A stretch of DNA of 64,000 nt from assembly GCA_965220565.1 (NCBI GenBank), contig CBDCQG010000001.1:1139473-1203472 (forward strand), given 5' to 3'. A model generated the notes under the pieces. It did no database searches, was not told where the DNA came from, and saw only the letters and a program-made list of their open reading frames with translations. This document shows, in pieces, positions 40,161 to 49,506 of this stretch. Position 1 is the stretch's first letter, and every line of letters begins with the position of its first letter. A program made the position numbers and the translations under genes. Source of the stretch: Dehalococcoidia bacterium. GTDB taxonomy: Bacteria > Chloroflexota > Dehalococcoidia > UBA6926.

Positions 40161-41513
40161 ATGACGCAGAGGCCAACCGACGAGGATCTGGCGCTGCTGG
40201 AGCGGGCGCTTGCCTATGCGCGCGGAAAGACAACCGCCGCCGAGGTGTTTGTCAGCGAAGGCGCGTCCACGCCCGTCAGCTTCGAAGCCGAAAAGCTGAA
40301 GGAGATTTCAACCCGCCAGACGTGGGGACTCGGCATCCGCGTCTTCGTCGATGGGCGCATGGGCGTCTCATCCACGAACGACCCCGACAAGCTGGATGAA
40401 CTTGTCGATCGCGCCATCGAACTCGCCCGCTACGGCCCTGAATCAGAACTGAACCTCCCCAAGCCGTCGCCGGGCACTCCCGCCATCGAAACGTATGACC
40501 CCGCCATCGAGGAGGTCACGACGGAGGCGATGGTGGAGGCGGGACGGCGGTTGCTGGGTGACGCCAAGCCGCTGGAGCCGGAGGCGCTGTACGGCGCAAG
40601 TCTGACCCACAGCACAAGCAGCTTCGCATTCCTCAATTCCAACGGCGTCAGCTTCGGCCATCGCAAGAGCGGCTTTGGGCTGTTCGTTTCCGGAACGCTG
40701 ATCCGCGGCACGGATATGTTCTTCATCGGTGAGGGCGACCGCGGCTGCAGCCCGGATTGGGATATGCAGCGGCACATTGACGGCATGCGCCAGCAGATCG
40801 AGTGGGGCAAGGAGATCGCCCCCACCCCCGCCGGCCACATGCCCGTCCTCTTCATGCCGCGCGCCGTCGCATCCGTCCTGCTTGGCCCGTTCCTCTCCGG
40901 CATCAACGGCAAGACGGTGCTGCAGGGATCATCACCGCTTGGTGGTCGCATCGGCGAGCAGGTCTTTGACTCGCGGCTGTCCATCGTCGATGACCCTACC
41001 ATCCCGCTCAAGCCGCCGTCACGCTCCTACGACGACGAGGGCGTGCCGAGCCGCCGCCAATTCCTTGTGGAGGACGGCGTGCTCCGCACCATCCTGTACG
41101 AACTCCAATCGGCGTCAAAGGCGGGCGTTGAGCCGACGGGCAGCGCCTCGCGCGGACTCGGCGCGATGCCGGGCGCGGGCACAAGCCATCTCACCATCGA
41201 ACCCGGTGACGCCTCGTTCGATGACATGCTCCGCACGATGGGCGACGGTGTGATCGTCGAACGTCTCATCGGCATGGGACAGGGCAACGTGTTGGGCGGC
41301 GACGCGGGCGGCAACATCCTTCTCGGCTACCGCGTGCAGGGCGGCGAGGTGGTGGGCCGCGTCAAGGACACCATGCTCCACTGCAACATCTATGACATCC
41401 TCAAAGACATCACAGCCATCGGGGCCGAAACGACGGAGTTGGGCGGGTCGCTATCCACACCCGCGATCCTCTGCGACGGCGTTTCAATCGCCCCAAAGAC
41501 GGACTCCGACTAG
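40161..41513 (+). CDS. pmbA: PmbA/TldE family metalloprotease partner
   Basis: A paralogous 450-aa protein immediately downstream of tldD. Confidence 0.8.
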   Translation: MTQRPTDEDLALLERALAYARGKTTAAEVFVSEGASTPVSFEAEKLKEISTRQTWGLGIRVFVDGRMGVSSTNDPDKLDELVDRAIELARYGPESELNLPKPSPGTPAIETYDPAIEEVTTEAMVEAGRRLLGDAKPLEPEALYGASLTHSTSSFAFLNSNGVSFGHRKSGFGLFVSGTLIRGTDMFFIGEGDRGCSPDWDMQRHIDGMRQQIEWGKEIAPTPAGHMPVLFMPRAVASVLLGPFLSGINGKTVLQGSSPLGGRIGEQVFDSRLSIVDDPTIPLKPPSRSYDDEGVPSRRQFLVEDGVLRTILYELQSASKAGVEPTGSASRGLGAMPGAGTSHLTIEPGDASFDDMLRTMGDGVIVERLIGMGQGNVLGGDAGGNILLGYRVQGGEVVGRVKDTMLHCNIYDILKDITAIGAETTELGGSLSTPAILCDGVSIAPKTDSD

Positions 41514-41533
41514 CCGCGCGGGGAACACTCTTC

Positions 41534-42595
41534 ATGCAGTCGGACGGTGTCGAAAGCGTTATCAACGCAATACGACAAGACCCCGGCGGCGTCACAGCCG
41601 CTGCTCTCGCTGAGCTGTCCGACCCAGACCGTGACGAGTTGGGCCAGGTCATCGACACCCTGCGCGACATTGATTTTGAATACCGGCGCTCCATCGTCGG
41701 TCAGTTGGTGGAACTCGCAGAGGAGAACGTCGATTACAGCTTTGACCGCATCTTCATAATCCTGATGGAGGATGAGGACGAGGAGGTGCGGGAAGCCGCA
41801 ATCCTGGGGCTGTGGGAGAGCGAGGATCGCTCGTTGATTGAACCGCTCTTTGAGCGGCTTCTCTTTGACGGCGAAGAGCGTGTACGGGCCGTCGCCGCCC
41901 AATCGCTCGGCCGCTTCGCCGTCCTTGCCGAACTTGGCGACCTCCTGGAACGTGATATAAACCGCGTCCGTGAGGGCCTGCTTGACGTGATTCGCAACGA
42001 GCAGGAGCCGTCATTCGAGGTGCGTCGCCGCGTGATTGAGGCAGTCTCCGCCTTCACCTCCGAGGAGGTGCGGGAACTCATCCTGGAAACCTATGACAGC
42101 GCCAGTGAAACCCTGCGCGCGTCCGCCCTCTATTCCATGGGACAGAACGCGGACACGTCCTGGCTGACTTATATCCGCGAGGAGATGGAAAGCGAGTCCG
42201 AGGAGGTGCGGTTTGAGGCCGCAGGCGCAGCCGGGCGCATCGGCGATGAGCGGCTGATCCCGGCCCTCGCCCGCATGGGCATGGAGGAGAACACGGAGAT
42301 CCAGGGCGCCGTCGTCACGGCCCTGAGCGCCATCGGCGGCCCCGCGGCGCAACGCGTGCTGCGCCGCTTCCTCCAGCATTCGGACGAGAACTTTCGCGAA
42401 CTCGCCCTGGACGCGTTGGAAAGCATGCAGAGTTTCGAGACCAACGCCGAGATCCTGCGAAAGTCCGCCGGCGGCGCGGCGGACGCCGTTTCTCCGCTCA
42501 CCGACGACCCGGGGGATGATGCCTTCGAGAACTTCGATGACGATCTCGGCATCAATGAGGACCTTGACGACGACGAGTTCGAGGACGAGTGGTAA
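41534..42595 (+). CDS. HEAT/PBS-repeat protein with a poly-acidic C-terminal tail
   Basis: Repeated EEVRxxAxxxLG units and a DDDLGINEDLDDDEFEDEW tail. Confidence 0.55.
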   Translation: MQSDGVESVINAIRQDPGGVTAAALAELSDPDRDELGQVIDTLRDIDFEYRRSIVGQLVELAEENVDYSFDRIFIILMEDEDEEVREAAILGLWESEDRSLIEPLFERLLFDGEERVRAVAAQSLGRFAVLAELGDLLERDINRVREGLLDVIRNEQEPSFEVRRRVIEAVSAFTSEEVRELILETYDSASETLRASALYSMGQNADTSWLTYIREEMESESEEVRFEAAGAAGRIGDERLIPALARMGMEENTEIQGAVVTALSAIGGPAAQRVLRRFLQHSDENFRELALDALESMQSFETNAEILRKSAGGAADAVSPLTDDPGDDAFENFDDDLGINEDLDDDEFEDEW

Positions 42596-43083
42596 GCCTC
42601 ATGGCTGAGAAACATGCAGAAGATGGGCGCGGCGTCCAGTACGATGTCTCGGCAGGCGGAGCGGTCGTCCGATGCACAGCGGACGCGCGGCTTGAGGTCG
42701 TTATCTGCCGCCGCGCCGCCACCGGCCTCCTGGCACTGCCGAAGGGCACGCCGGAGCCCGGCGAGACGCGGGAGGAGACGGCGCTGCGCGAGGTCCGTGA
42801 GGAGACCGGACTGAGCGTCGCCATCATCGGGGAACTCGGCAGCGTGCGCTATACATTCATGGCAGAGGGAGTGCTGCACGACAAACGGGTCTACCATTAC
42901 CTGATGGAGCCGATCAGCGGCAGCGTTGACGACCATGACAGTGAGTTTGATAGCGTTGAGTGGCTGCCCCTTGAACCCGTTACGCTGGCCAGGATGACGT
43001 ACGATACGGATGTGGAGATTCTTAACAGGGCCATTCTCGCGATGGCGAACAACCCGGACAGAGCCGATGGTCGCACGGACTAA
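42589..43083 (+). CDS. NUDIX hydrolase
   Basis: NUDIX box GTPEPGETREETALREVREETGL. Confidence 0.75.
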   Translation: MVSLMAEKHAEDGRGVQYDVSAGGAVVRCTADARLEVVICRRAATGLLALPKGTPEPGETREETALREVREETGLSVAIIGELGSVRYTFMAEGVLHDKRVYHYLMEPISGSVDDHDSEFDSVEWLPLEPVTLARMTYDTDVEILNRAILAMANNPDRADGRTD

Positions 43084-43624
43084 GCCGCTCATCGTCACCG
43101 GACAGCGCGTCGGCCTGAGAGACAAGGCCGAGTTTGACGCGTGGAACGATTTCCTGTGGCGCTCGGACGATGAGCTGGCCGAGCTGGACGCCACCTACCC
43201 GCTCAAGATGTCCTATGAACAATACGCTCCCATTCACAAGGACGACCTGAATTACATCTCAAAGCGCAGCCACCGCTTCGCCATCGTTGAGTTGTCTGAG
43301 GGCAAGCACATCGGCAACTGCATGTATTACGACCTTGACCGGCGCGCCAAGGAGGCTGAACTCGGCATCATGATCGGCGACCGCGCCTATTGGAACGGCG
43401 GGTACGGCACGGATGCCGTAAGACTCCTGACAAGCTGGATGTTCAACAAGCTGGAACTGAATCGCGTCTACCTCAAGACGCTGGACTGGAACGTCCGCGC
43501 CCAACGCGCGTTCGGGAAAGCGGGATTCACACAGACCGGTTTCCGTGACCAGGGCCGCTACCGCTTCATGCTGATGGACATCAAGCGGGACGTTTGGGAG
43601 GACATGCAGGGGGACGAAGGCTAA
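43067..43624 (+). CDS. GNAT family N-acetyltransferase (RimJ/RimL-like)
   Basis: ELGIMIGDRAYWNGGYGTDAVRLL is an acetyl-CoA-binding motif. The start is set at the ATG after the NUDIX stop. Confidence 0.7.
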   Translation: MVARTKPLIVTGQRVGLRDKAEFDAWNDFLWRSDDELAELDATYPLKMSYEQYAPIHKDDLNYISKRSHRFAIVELSEGKHIGNCMYYDLDRRAKEAELGIMIGDRAYWNGGYGTDAVRLLTSWMFNKLELNRVYLKTLDWNVRAQRAFGKAGFTQTGFRDQGRYRFMLMDIKRDVWEDMQGDEG

Positions 43625-43637
43625 ACCGCCACATTCC

Positions 43638-44078
43638 CTAGGTCGGGATGAGGGACGAAAGCCTGTCACCGCATTCCGCGACGATTATCCTGCTCTCGGA
43701 TTCTCCTAGCGTCACAGTTCGTCCTCGAAGTGCTCTGCGGGGATCCTTTTCGCTACGATGCACAAGAATGGGAAAGAAATGGTCGACGATCTGACCATCC
43801 AAACTATTGACGAGCATATCCAAGCCATTCTGAATCTGCTCTACGATCTGTTTGGTTCTCAGTTGCTGCCCACCTTTGAGTTCAATCATCGCGATCCAAC
43901 GACTGTCGTTGGACAACACGGCAAAGTCTGCCGTCCGACCCGGGGCCCTGAGCACTCTCTTCGCGCAGTCCATTGAGAGAACGCTAATCGAGCCCTGCAT
44001 CCCTCGCAGGCTGAGGCTGCAACCCTCTTCTTCACACCTATCAGTCAGACAGTTGTTCAACCTCGCGGGAACGTCCAC
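43638..44078 (-). CDS. Small protein with a PD-(D/E)xK-like core, putative nuclease effector
   Basis: GTG start 2 nt after the ATPase stop. The motif D(FAVL)-N12-IAMIELKGG resembles the Hjc/RecB-type hD...hhhExK core. The region is ~50% GC. Confidence 0.4.
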   Translation of the reverse strand: MDVPARLNNCLTDRCEEEGCSLSLRGMQGSISVLSMDCAKRVLRAPGRTADFAVLSNDSRWIAMIELKGGQQLRTKQIVEQIQNGLDMLVNSLDGQIVDHFFPILVHRSEKDPRRALRGRTVTLGESESRIIVAECGDRLSSLIPT

Positions 44079-44080
44079 CC

Positions 44081-45511
44081 TTACCGTCCCGCGTATTCGA
44101 GGTCTATCGCCTCGTCGTAGATTTCGGTGTGAACCTCCGTGAACGAGTCCAGCGGAATTCCACGCTCCGCATCCACCGCCAGTGGACGCGCGACTGACCC
44201 GTCTGGGCCGGGCTCAAACATATACGCTCCGACATCGTCCGGTTGAAGGACCTCTTCGGCCTTGTACCGCCTCGCCGCCCGTCGCCGCTTCGATATTCCG
44301 CTCAGCATGACAAGGTTGCCCAACTGCGAGACGAGAAAATCGCTGTGTGTCGTGATAAGCACCTTCACGCCAGCGTTGACCAACATGGCAATCGCCCGTG
44401 CAAGACGACGCTGGTTGCCCGCATCGATATGCGACTCCGGCTCCTCGATGATGAACATATCCCCAGGCTCAACCATGTGTTTCAAATACAAGACGATGGG
44501 TGCGATTTCGGAAACCATCGACGAGGCCTCATGGAGCTGGAGTCTGCCCGCTTCGCCTTCAAAATAGACGGATGGGTATTCAGAAGAATCATCCAGCCTG
44601 ATTGAGCCGTGGGCCATCTTGTCCTCAAGATAATCAATAATCTCGTCCAATTGCGTTCCATGAGGTGCGTCTGGCGTCATCAACAAAAGATCCTGGATCA
44701 GGTCCGTCACGAAGCCGGGAAGGCGCGGAATCTCCAGCGAGCGTATCCATGCCCGCGAAGCTTGACCAACGATGAGGCTGGAGAACGTCTTGTGTCCAAG
44801 CAGAATGCCGGATCTGCTCGCTGGCATATAGTGCGCATGATCCAAGACTTTGGGGGGAGGGAATATCCCCAAGTTGGAGAACAGCATGCCCATCAAAAGG
44901 TTCTCGGAAATGTCTTCGAATTGAGGCAAGCGCGAGTTAAATGTCTGATCTGCCAGACTGTTCTGCCAGATTTCCGTGCCGAGATCACCACCTGCCGCCC
45001 TCGTCTCCCATTTGAACGCCCTGGCGTGCTGCTCAATTTCGATAGTCAGCTTTGGACGCTGCTTCCCATTGGCGCGCCGTCGAACCCTCTCTATGTCAGT
45101 GCCGTAAACCCGCTTGATTTCAGATGAGAGCATTTGTGCTAATCCTGCAGCAAACGCTTGGGACGCTCCTTCAAAGAGAGCTTGGATGCTCTGTGGCAGT
45201 TGCTCAATCTTCGGATTGTCAGGAAGCCGGCCTCCTCCGATCGAACGACCATCTGGGAAGATCCTCTCGACATCTTCCTTGGCCTTTAGGAGGAGTTCAG
45301 GGTTTATGAAATCGCCGAAATTCAGGTCGAATTCCCTCCAAGGCATCCTGCCGCCAAGCCTTCTTTCGGCAAGCGTCCTGGACAGGCAGTAGATTGCGAG
45401 AGCCATGTACGACTTGCCCGAATTGTTCGGGCCGACGAACACAGTCAAAGGCTTGATGTCCACCGAGGCCCGTCCTATCGGGCCCAGATCGCTCACACTG
45501 ACCGTTGTCAT
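44081..45511 (-). CDS. AAA15/ABC-type (OLD/SMC-like) ATPase
   Basis: Walker A GPNNSGKSY, YMPASRSG (Y.PA.R motif), Walker B MFIIEEPESHID and H-loop ITTHSDF. Low GC. Confidence 0.7.
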   Translation of the reverse strand: MTTVSVSDLGPIGRASVDIKPLTVFVGPNNSGKSYMALAIYCLSRTLAERRLGGRMPWREFDLNFGDFINPELLLKAKEDVERIFPDGRSIGGGRLPDNPKIEQLPQSIQALFEGASQAFAAGLAQMLSSEIKRVYGTDIERVRRRANGKQRPKLTIEIEQHARAFKWETRAAGGDLGTEIWQNSLADQTFNSRLPQFEDISENLLMGMLFSNLGIFPPPKVLDHAHYMPASRSGILLGHKTFSSLIVGQASRAWIRSLEIPRLPGFVTDLIQDLLLMTPDAPHGTQLDEIIDYLEDKMAHGSIRLDDSSEYPSVYFEGEAGRLQLHEASSMVSEIAPIVLYLKHMVEPGDMFIIEEPESHIDAGNQRRLARAIAMLVNAGVKVLITTHSDFLVSQLGNLVMLSGISKRRRAARRYKAEEVLQPDDVGAYMFEPGPDGSVARPLAVDAERGIPLDSFTEVHTEIYDEAIDLEYAGR

Positions 45512-45599
45512 CTCACGTCGTCCATCCTCTGATCGTGTCTCAGCATGAATCCACTATACGCCCCTGATGCGATGGGCAGCACGGGAATGACGGAGGGGG

Positions 45600-45983
45600 C
45601 TACTCCAAAACCGCCGTGGCTTCTATTTCTATGAGGTAGTCCGGGTGGGCGAGGCCGCTGATGAATAGCAGCGTGCTCGCGGGCGGGTCGTGAGGGATAT
45701 GGCGCTGGCGCGCCGCCCGATAGCCCTCGAGGTCCTCTCGCCGCGTGAGAAACGTCGTGACCTTGATCACATTCGCCCACGTTGCGCCGACAGACCCAAG
45801 CGCGACCTCAAGGTTGCTGAACACCTGCTCCGCCTGCTCTTCAATGCTGCCGACACCGACAATCTCGCCGGCCGCATTCTGGGATGTCTGGCCGGCAATG
45901 TGGATGAAGTTGCCAACCTTCACGACCTGCGTGTAGGCCGCCGGTTTGCTCAGCCCGTCCGGTTGTAGTCGCTCGATAGCCAT
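45600..45983 (-). CDS. ridA: RidA/YjgF family reactive-intermediate deaminase
   Basis: About 128 aa with PAAYTQVVKVGNFIHIAGQ and ARQRHIP...PASTL. Confidence 0.8.
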   Translation of the reverse strand: MAIERLQPDGLSKPAAYTQVVKVGNFIHIAGQTSQNAAGEIVGVGSIEEQAEQVFSNLEVALGSVGATWANVIKVTTFLTRREDLEGYRAARQRHIPHDPPASTLLFISGLAHPDYLIEIEATAVLE

Positions 45984-46003
45984 GATGTTTCCCCTTCCCC
46001 TAT

Positions 46004-47152
46004 TCAATTCTGCGTCATTCTGAGGGCAGCGGCGATAGATTCCCCGAACTCGCGCGCTTGCCATTCTCGCACGACGGATGCCCCTTCTCCCATCTCATCA
46101 TTCAGCAGCGACGGATCACGCGCCAGCCGTTCCAGGCTCGGCATCGGCCAGATGAGAGCGGGATCGAGTTCCAATTCTTCGCCCCGATCGTTCCGCCATG
46201 CCTTGAGGTCACGGAGGCGGTCAATCTGCTCCCGGGTTGGTCGACCCTCAGCACCGCCGGAGTTTGCATTGCCGTTTCGCGGTCGTGTAACCGGCGGGGA
46301 GGCAAGGCCGCGTTCTCGCGCTCGCTGCAGCCGTTTGCCGTACCGACGCAGCGAGTTCGGCGGTATGCCCTCGATCTCGGTCAGATGATCACGTCCCGCG
46401 GCTGCGATGGTGGTCAGAACCGCGTCGCTCATGATCTTGAACGGTGGCATATCGCGCCGCACTCCTTCGTTGTGACGAAAGACGTACAGCTCGCGAAGCA
46501 CAGCCAGTTCCTGCGGCCCCAGCGCCCGGCTGCCCTTGGCGTTCAGGAAGGCGATATCGGGCGGATCAGGCACGCGATAGCGCACGCTTTCCAGACGCCG
46601 GAATTCCTCTTCAACCCACTCAAGCCGCCCCAGGTCTTCAAGCCGGCGTCCCAGTTCGGCGCGCAGGTCCTGCAGATGCAGCACATCGTCGACGGCGTAT
46701 TGGAGCGCCTCATCAGGCAGCGGCCTCACCGTCCAGTCCGCGCGCTGAAGGCTCTTGGACTTGACGATGGCGACGCCGAGCGCATCCAGCAGGACGGAGT
46801 CCAGCCCCACACGCCGCATGCCGCAGAATTGCGCCGCGATGCTCGTATCAAAGACGTTGGCAACGCGGAACGACCATTCCTTGTCCAGGACACGGATGTC
46901 ATTGGAGGCGGCGTGGATGACTTTTTCGACGTTCGGATTGGCCATCAGCGCGCCCAGCGGCGCGATGTCATCCGCCGTCATCTCAAGCGGGTCAAGGACC
47001 CATGCCCTGCCCCCCGTGGCTATCTGCACCAGGCAGACCCGATCGGGAAAGCGATGGAAGCTGTTGGATTCCGTGTCGATGACGATGCACTGCTCCAAGG
47101 ACAAACGCTCAACGAGCGCAGCCAGCCCCTCGGCATCATCGATAATGTCCAC
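46004..47152 (-). CDS. rnd: Ribonuclease D (DEDDy 3'-5' exonuclease + HRDC)
   Basis: VIDTESNSFHRF (Exo I), HAASNDIRVL (Exo II) and YAVDDV (Exo III). Confidence 0.8.
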   Translation of the reverse strand: MDIIDDAEGLAALVERLSLEQCIVIDTESNSFHRFPDRVCLVQIATGGRAWVLDPLEMTADDIAPLGALMANPNVEKVIHAASNDIRVLDKEWSFRVANVFDTSIAAQFCGMRRVGLDSVLLDALGVAIVKSKSLQRADWTVRPLPDEALQYAVDDVLHLQDLRAELGRRLEDLGRLEWVEEEFRRLESVRYRVPDPPDIAFLNAKGSRALGPQELAVLRELYVFRHNEGVRRDMPPFKIMSDAVLTTIAAAGRDHLTEIEGIPPNSLRRYGKRLQRARERGLASPPVTRPRNGNANSGGAEGRPTREQIDRLRDLKAWRNDRGEELELDPALIWPMPSLERLARDPSLLNDEMGEGASVVREWQAREFGESIAAALRMTQN

Positions 47153-47175
47153 CCGCGCAGGGCGGTTGCTCCAGG

Positions 47176-49398
47176 TCAGTTCAGTTTCTCCAATCCGGCA
47201 AGTCCGGCCAGCAGGCGCTTGACGCCCTGGCCCTTGAACGCGACTGTTACCTCAAAATCGTCCCGCGTCGGCGTTTCTAGGCATGCGACGACGACACCCT
47301 GTCCGAACTTCGCATGACCCACGTGGTCGCCGGGCCTGAACGGCGCGGGGGCCTTTGGCACGTCCAACTGCGGCTCCGGCATCGGCTCCCGCGGGCCGGA
47401 GAGTCCGAACATCGACGGCATCCGCCGCTTGACCAGGTTGTCCGGCAGGTCCTGGAGAAAGCGTGATGCCTTGCGCGGGCCGTATTGCCCGCGGGTGTTG
47501 CGCCGCAGCGCGTATGTCATGTAGAGACGCTCCATCGCCCGCGTCATGCCGACGTAGCACAGGCGCCGCTCCTCCTCCATCTCAGCCGGATCATCCGAAT
47601 CGATGGATCGGATATGCGGCAGCAGTTCTTCCTCGCAGCCCACGATGAAGCCAACGGGAAACTCCAGCCCCTTGGCCTGGTGCAAAGTGATGAGGGTCAC
47701 TGCATCCTGCCGCTCTGAGCCCTCCTCGCGTATCGCGGCATCAAGGTCGGTGGACAGCGCCACCTGGTCAAGGAATGCCGCGAACGCCTCCTCCGGCGCG
47801 AGCGCCTGGTATTGGGCCGCGACGTTGCGCAGCTCTTCAACATTGTCTAGCCGATCCTCCGCGTTCTCGTCCGCCTCAAGGAAATCTCTATAGCCGGTCT
47901 TGGTCAGAACCTGGTCAAAGAACTCCAGAATGTTCTCACCCTGCAGGGCCTCAAGGAGTTCCGTCATCATTTGGACGAATGCGCGGACCGGGCCTTGCGA
48001 CTGCGATGGCAGATTCGGGGCATTTGCCTCTTGCCCGTCCGCCGCGACCTGCATGGCCGCGTACAGTGGCAAGCCGCTGGCCTCCGCCCATTGCTGCAGG
48101 AGGTCCAGTGACCGTTTTCCGATGCCGCGCGTGGGAACATTGACGATGCGCAGCAAGCTGATGTCGTCGAACGGATTCCGCAGGACGCGCAGGTATGCGA
48201 CGACATCCTTGATCTCACGCCGTTCCCAGAAGCGCAGTCCGCCGATGATGCGGTAACGGATACCCGCCCGGTTGAAGGCGTCCTCAAACGCGCGAGATTG
48301 GGCGTTTGTGCGGTACATGATGGCGCAGTCGCCGTACCGGGCAGAATCCTCGTTGACCAGCCGCTCGATCTCCTCCGCGACGTAGAGGGCCTCGTACTCC
48401 TCATCGTCAGTCGGCTCAATAGTGACCCTGGAGCCAGCGCCTTTATTCGCGACCAGTTCAATCTCTTTGCGGTCCTTATTTGTCTTCACAAGCGCATGGG
48501 CGGCATCAACAATGGTGGACGTGGAGCGGTAGTTGCGCCCCAGTGACACGGTCTTCCCTTCCGGGAAGTCCTTTTCGAATCGCAGGATATTCTGAATGTC
48601 TGCCTGTCGCCACGAGTAAATGGACTGGTCGGGGTCGCCGACGACACAGAGATTGTGGTGCTTTCCGGCAACGAGATGAGTTAACTCATACTGCGCGCGG
48701 TTCGTGTCCTGCCACTCATCAACCATCATGTGGCTATAGCGATTCTGGAGTTTGTCTCGTACTTCAGGATTTGAACGCAGCAGAAGAACCAGCTTCATCA
48801 GCAAATCATCGAAGTCAACCGCATGCGCAGCCTGCAAGAGTTGCTCATAGCGGTCATAACAGGCGGCCACGATCTTCTCGTACCGGTTTCCCGCCTGCGA
48901 CGTGTAGTCGCCGACGGTGAGCATCATGTTCTTCGCCCCACTCACCGCATTAAGGATGGCTGCCGGTCGATACATCCGCGGATCAAGTCCCTCAGCCTCA
49001 ACAACACGCCGCATCAGGTTTGTCTGATCATCCTGGTCGTAGATAACGAAATCGTCGGGAACGTGTATCTCCTCGCCATACTGCCGCAGGATGCGCGCTC
49101 CAAAAGCGTGAAAGGTGCCCATCGTCAATTGATTCGCCTGCTCACCGATGAGTCCTTCAATGCGGGAGCGCATCTCTCGCGCTGCCCTGTTTGTGAACGT
49201 GACTGCAAGGATGCGCCGCGGATTAACGCCGAGTGTTCGCACAAGGTAGGCGATGCGGTGGGTGATAACGCGGGTCTTACCGGAACCGGGCCCGGCGATG
49301 ATCAGAATGGGGCCCTCGACAGTCTCAACTGCCTCACTTTGTTCTTTGTTCAGGTTTTCGAGAATATCGCGCGCTGCGGTAGTCATAGGAGAAACCAA
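47176..49398 (-). CDS. pcrA: ATP-dependent DNA helicase PcrA/UvrD (SF1A)
   Basis: LNKEQSEAV, Walker A AGPGSGKT, DEWQDTN, and ~740 aa. Confidence 0.85.
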   Translation of the reverse strand: MVSPMTTAARDILENLNKEQSEAVETVEGPILIIAGPGSGKTRVITHRIAYLVRTLGVNPRRILAVTFTNRAAREMRSRIEGLIGEQANQLTMGTFHAFGARILRQYGEEIHVPDDFVIYDQDDQTNLMRRVVEAEGLDPRMYRPAAILNAVSGAKNMMLTVGDYTSQAGNRYEKIVAACYDRYEQLLQAAHAVDFDDLLMKLVLLLRSNPEVRDKLQNRYSHMMVDEWQDTNRAQYELTHLVAGKHHNLCVVGDPDQSIYSWRQADIQNILRFEKDFPEGKTVSLGRNYRSTSTIVDAAHALVKTNKDRKEIELVANKGAGSRVTIEPTDDEEYEALYVAEEIERLVNEDSARYGDCAIMYRTNAQSRAFEDAFNRAGIRYRIIGGLRFWERREIKDVVAYLRVLRNPFDDISLLRIVNVPTRGIGKRSLDLLQQWAEASGLPLYAAMQVAADGQEANAPNLPSQSQGPVRAFVQMMTELLEALQGENILEFFDQVLTKTGYRDFLEADENAEDRLDNVEELRNVAAQYQALAPEEAFAAFLDQVALSTDLDAAIREEGSERQDAVTLITLHQAKGLEFPVGFIVGCEEELLPHIRSIDSDDPAEMEEERRLCYVGMTRAMERLYMTYALRRNTRGQYGPRKASRFLQDLPDNLVKRRMPSMFGLSGPREPMPEPQLDVPKAPAPFRPGDHVGHAKFGQGVVVACLETPTRDDFEVTVAFKGQGVKRLLAGLAGLEKLN

Positions 49399-49445
49399 TC
49401 TCCGTTAAGCATACCAGCGGCGCGTCCGGCAATGTTGCCGAAAAC

Positions 49446-49480
49446 AGCAGTCGGGGCGGTTCTCGAACCGCCCCGACTCG
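49446..49480 (-). terminator. Intrinsic terminator downstream of the ThDP enzyme gene (13-bp stem AGTCGGGGCGGTT, loop CTCG, then U-run on the minus strand)
   Basis: A perfect stem lies 30 nt after the stop at 49507. The minus-strand transcript reads GCUGUUUU after the stem. Confidence 0.5.
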
Positions 49481-49506
49481 CTTGGGTCACCCTCAGTGGG
49501 AGGAAC

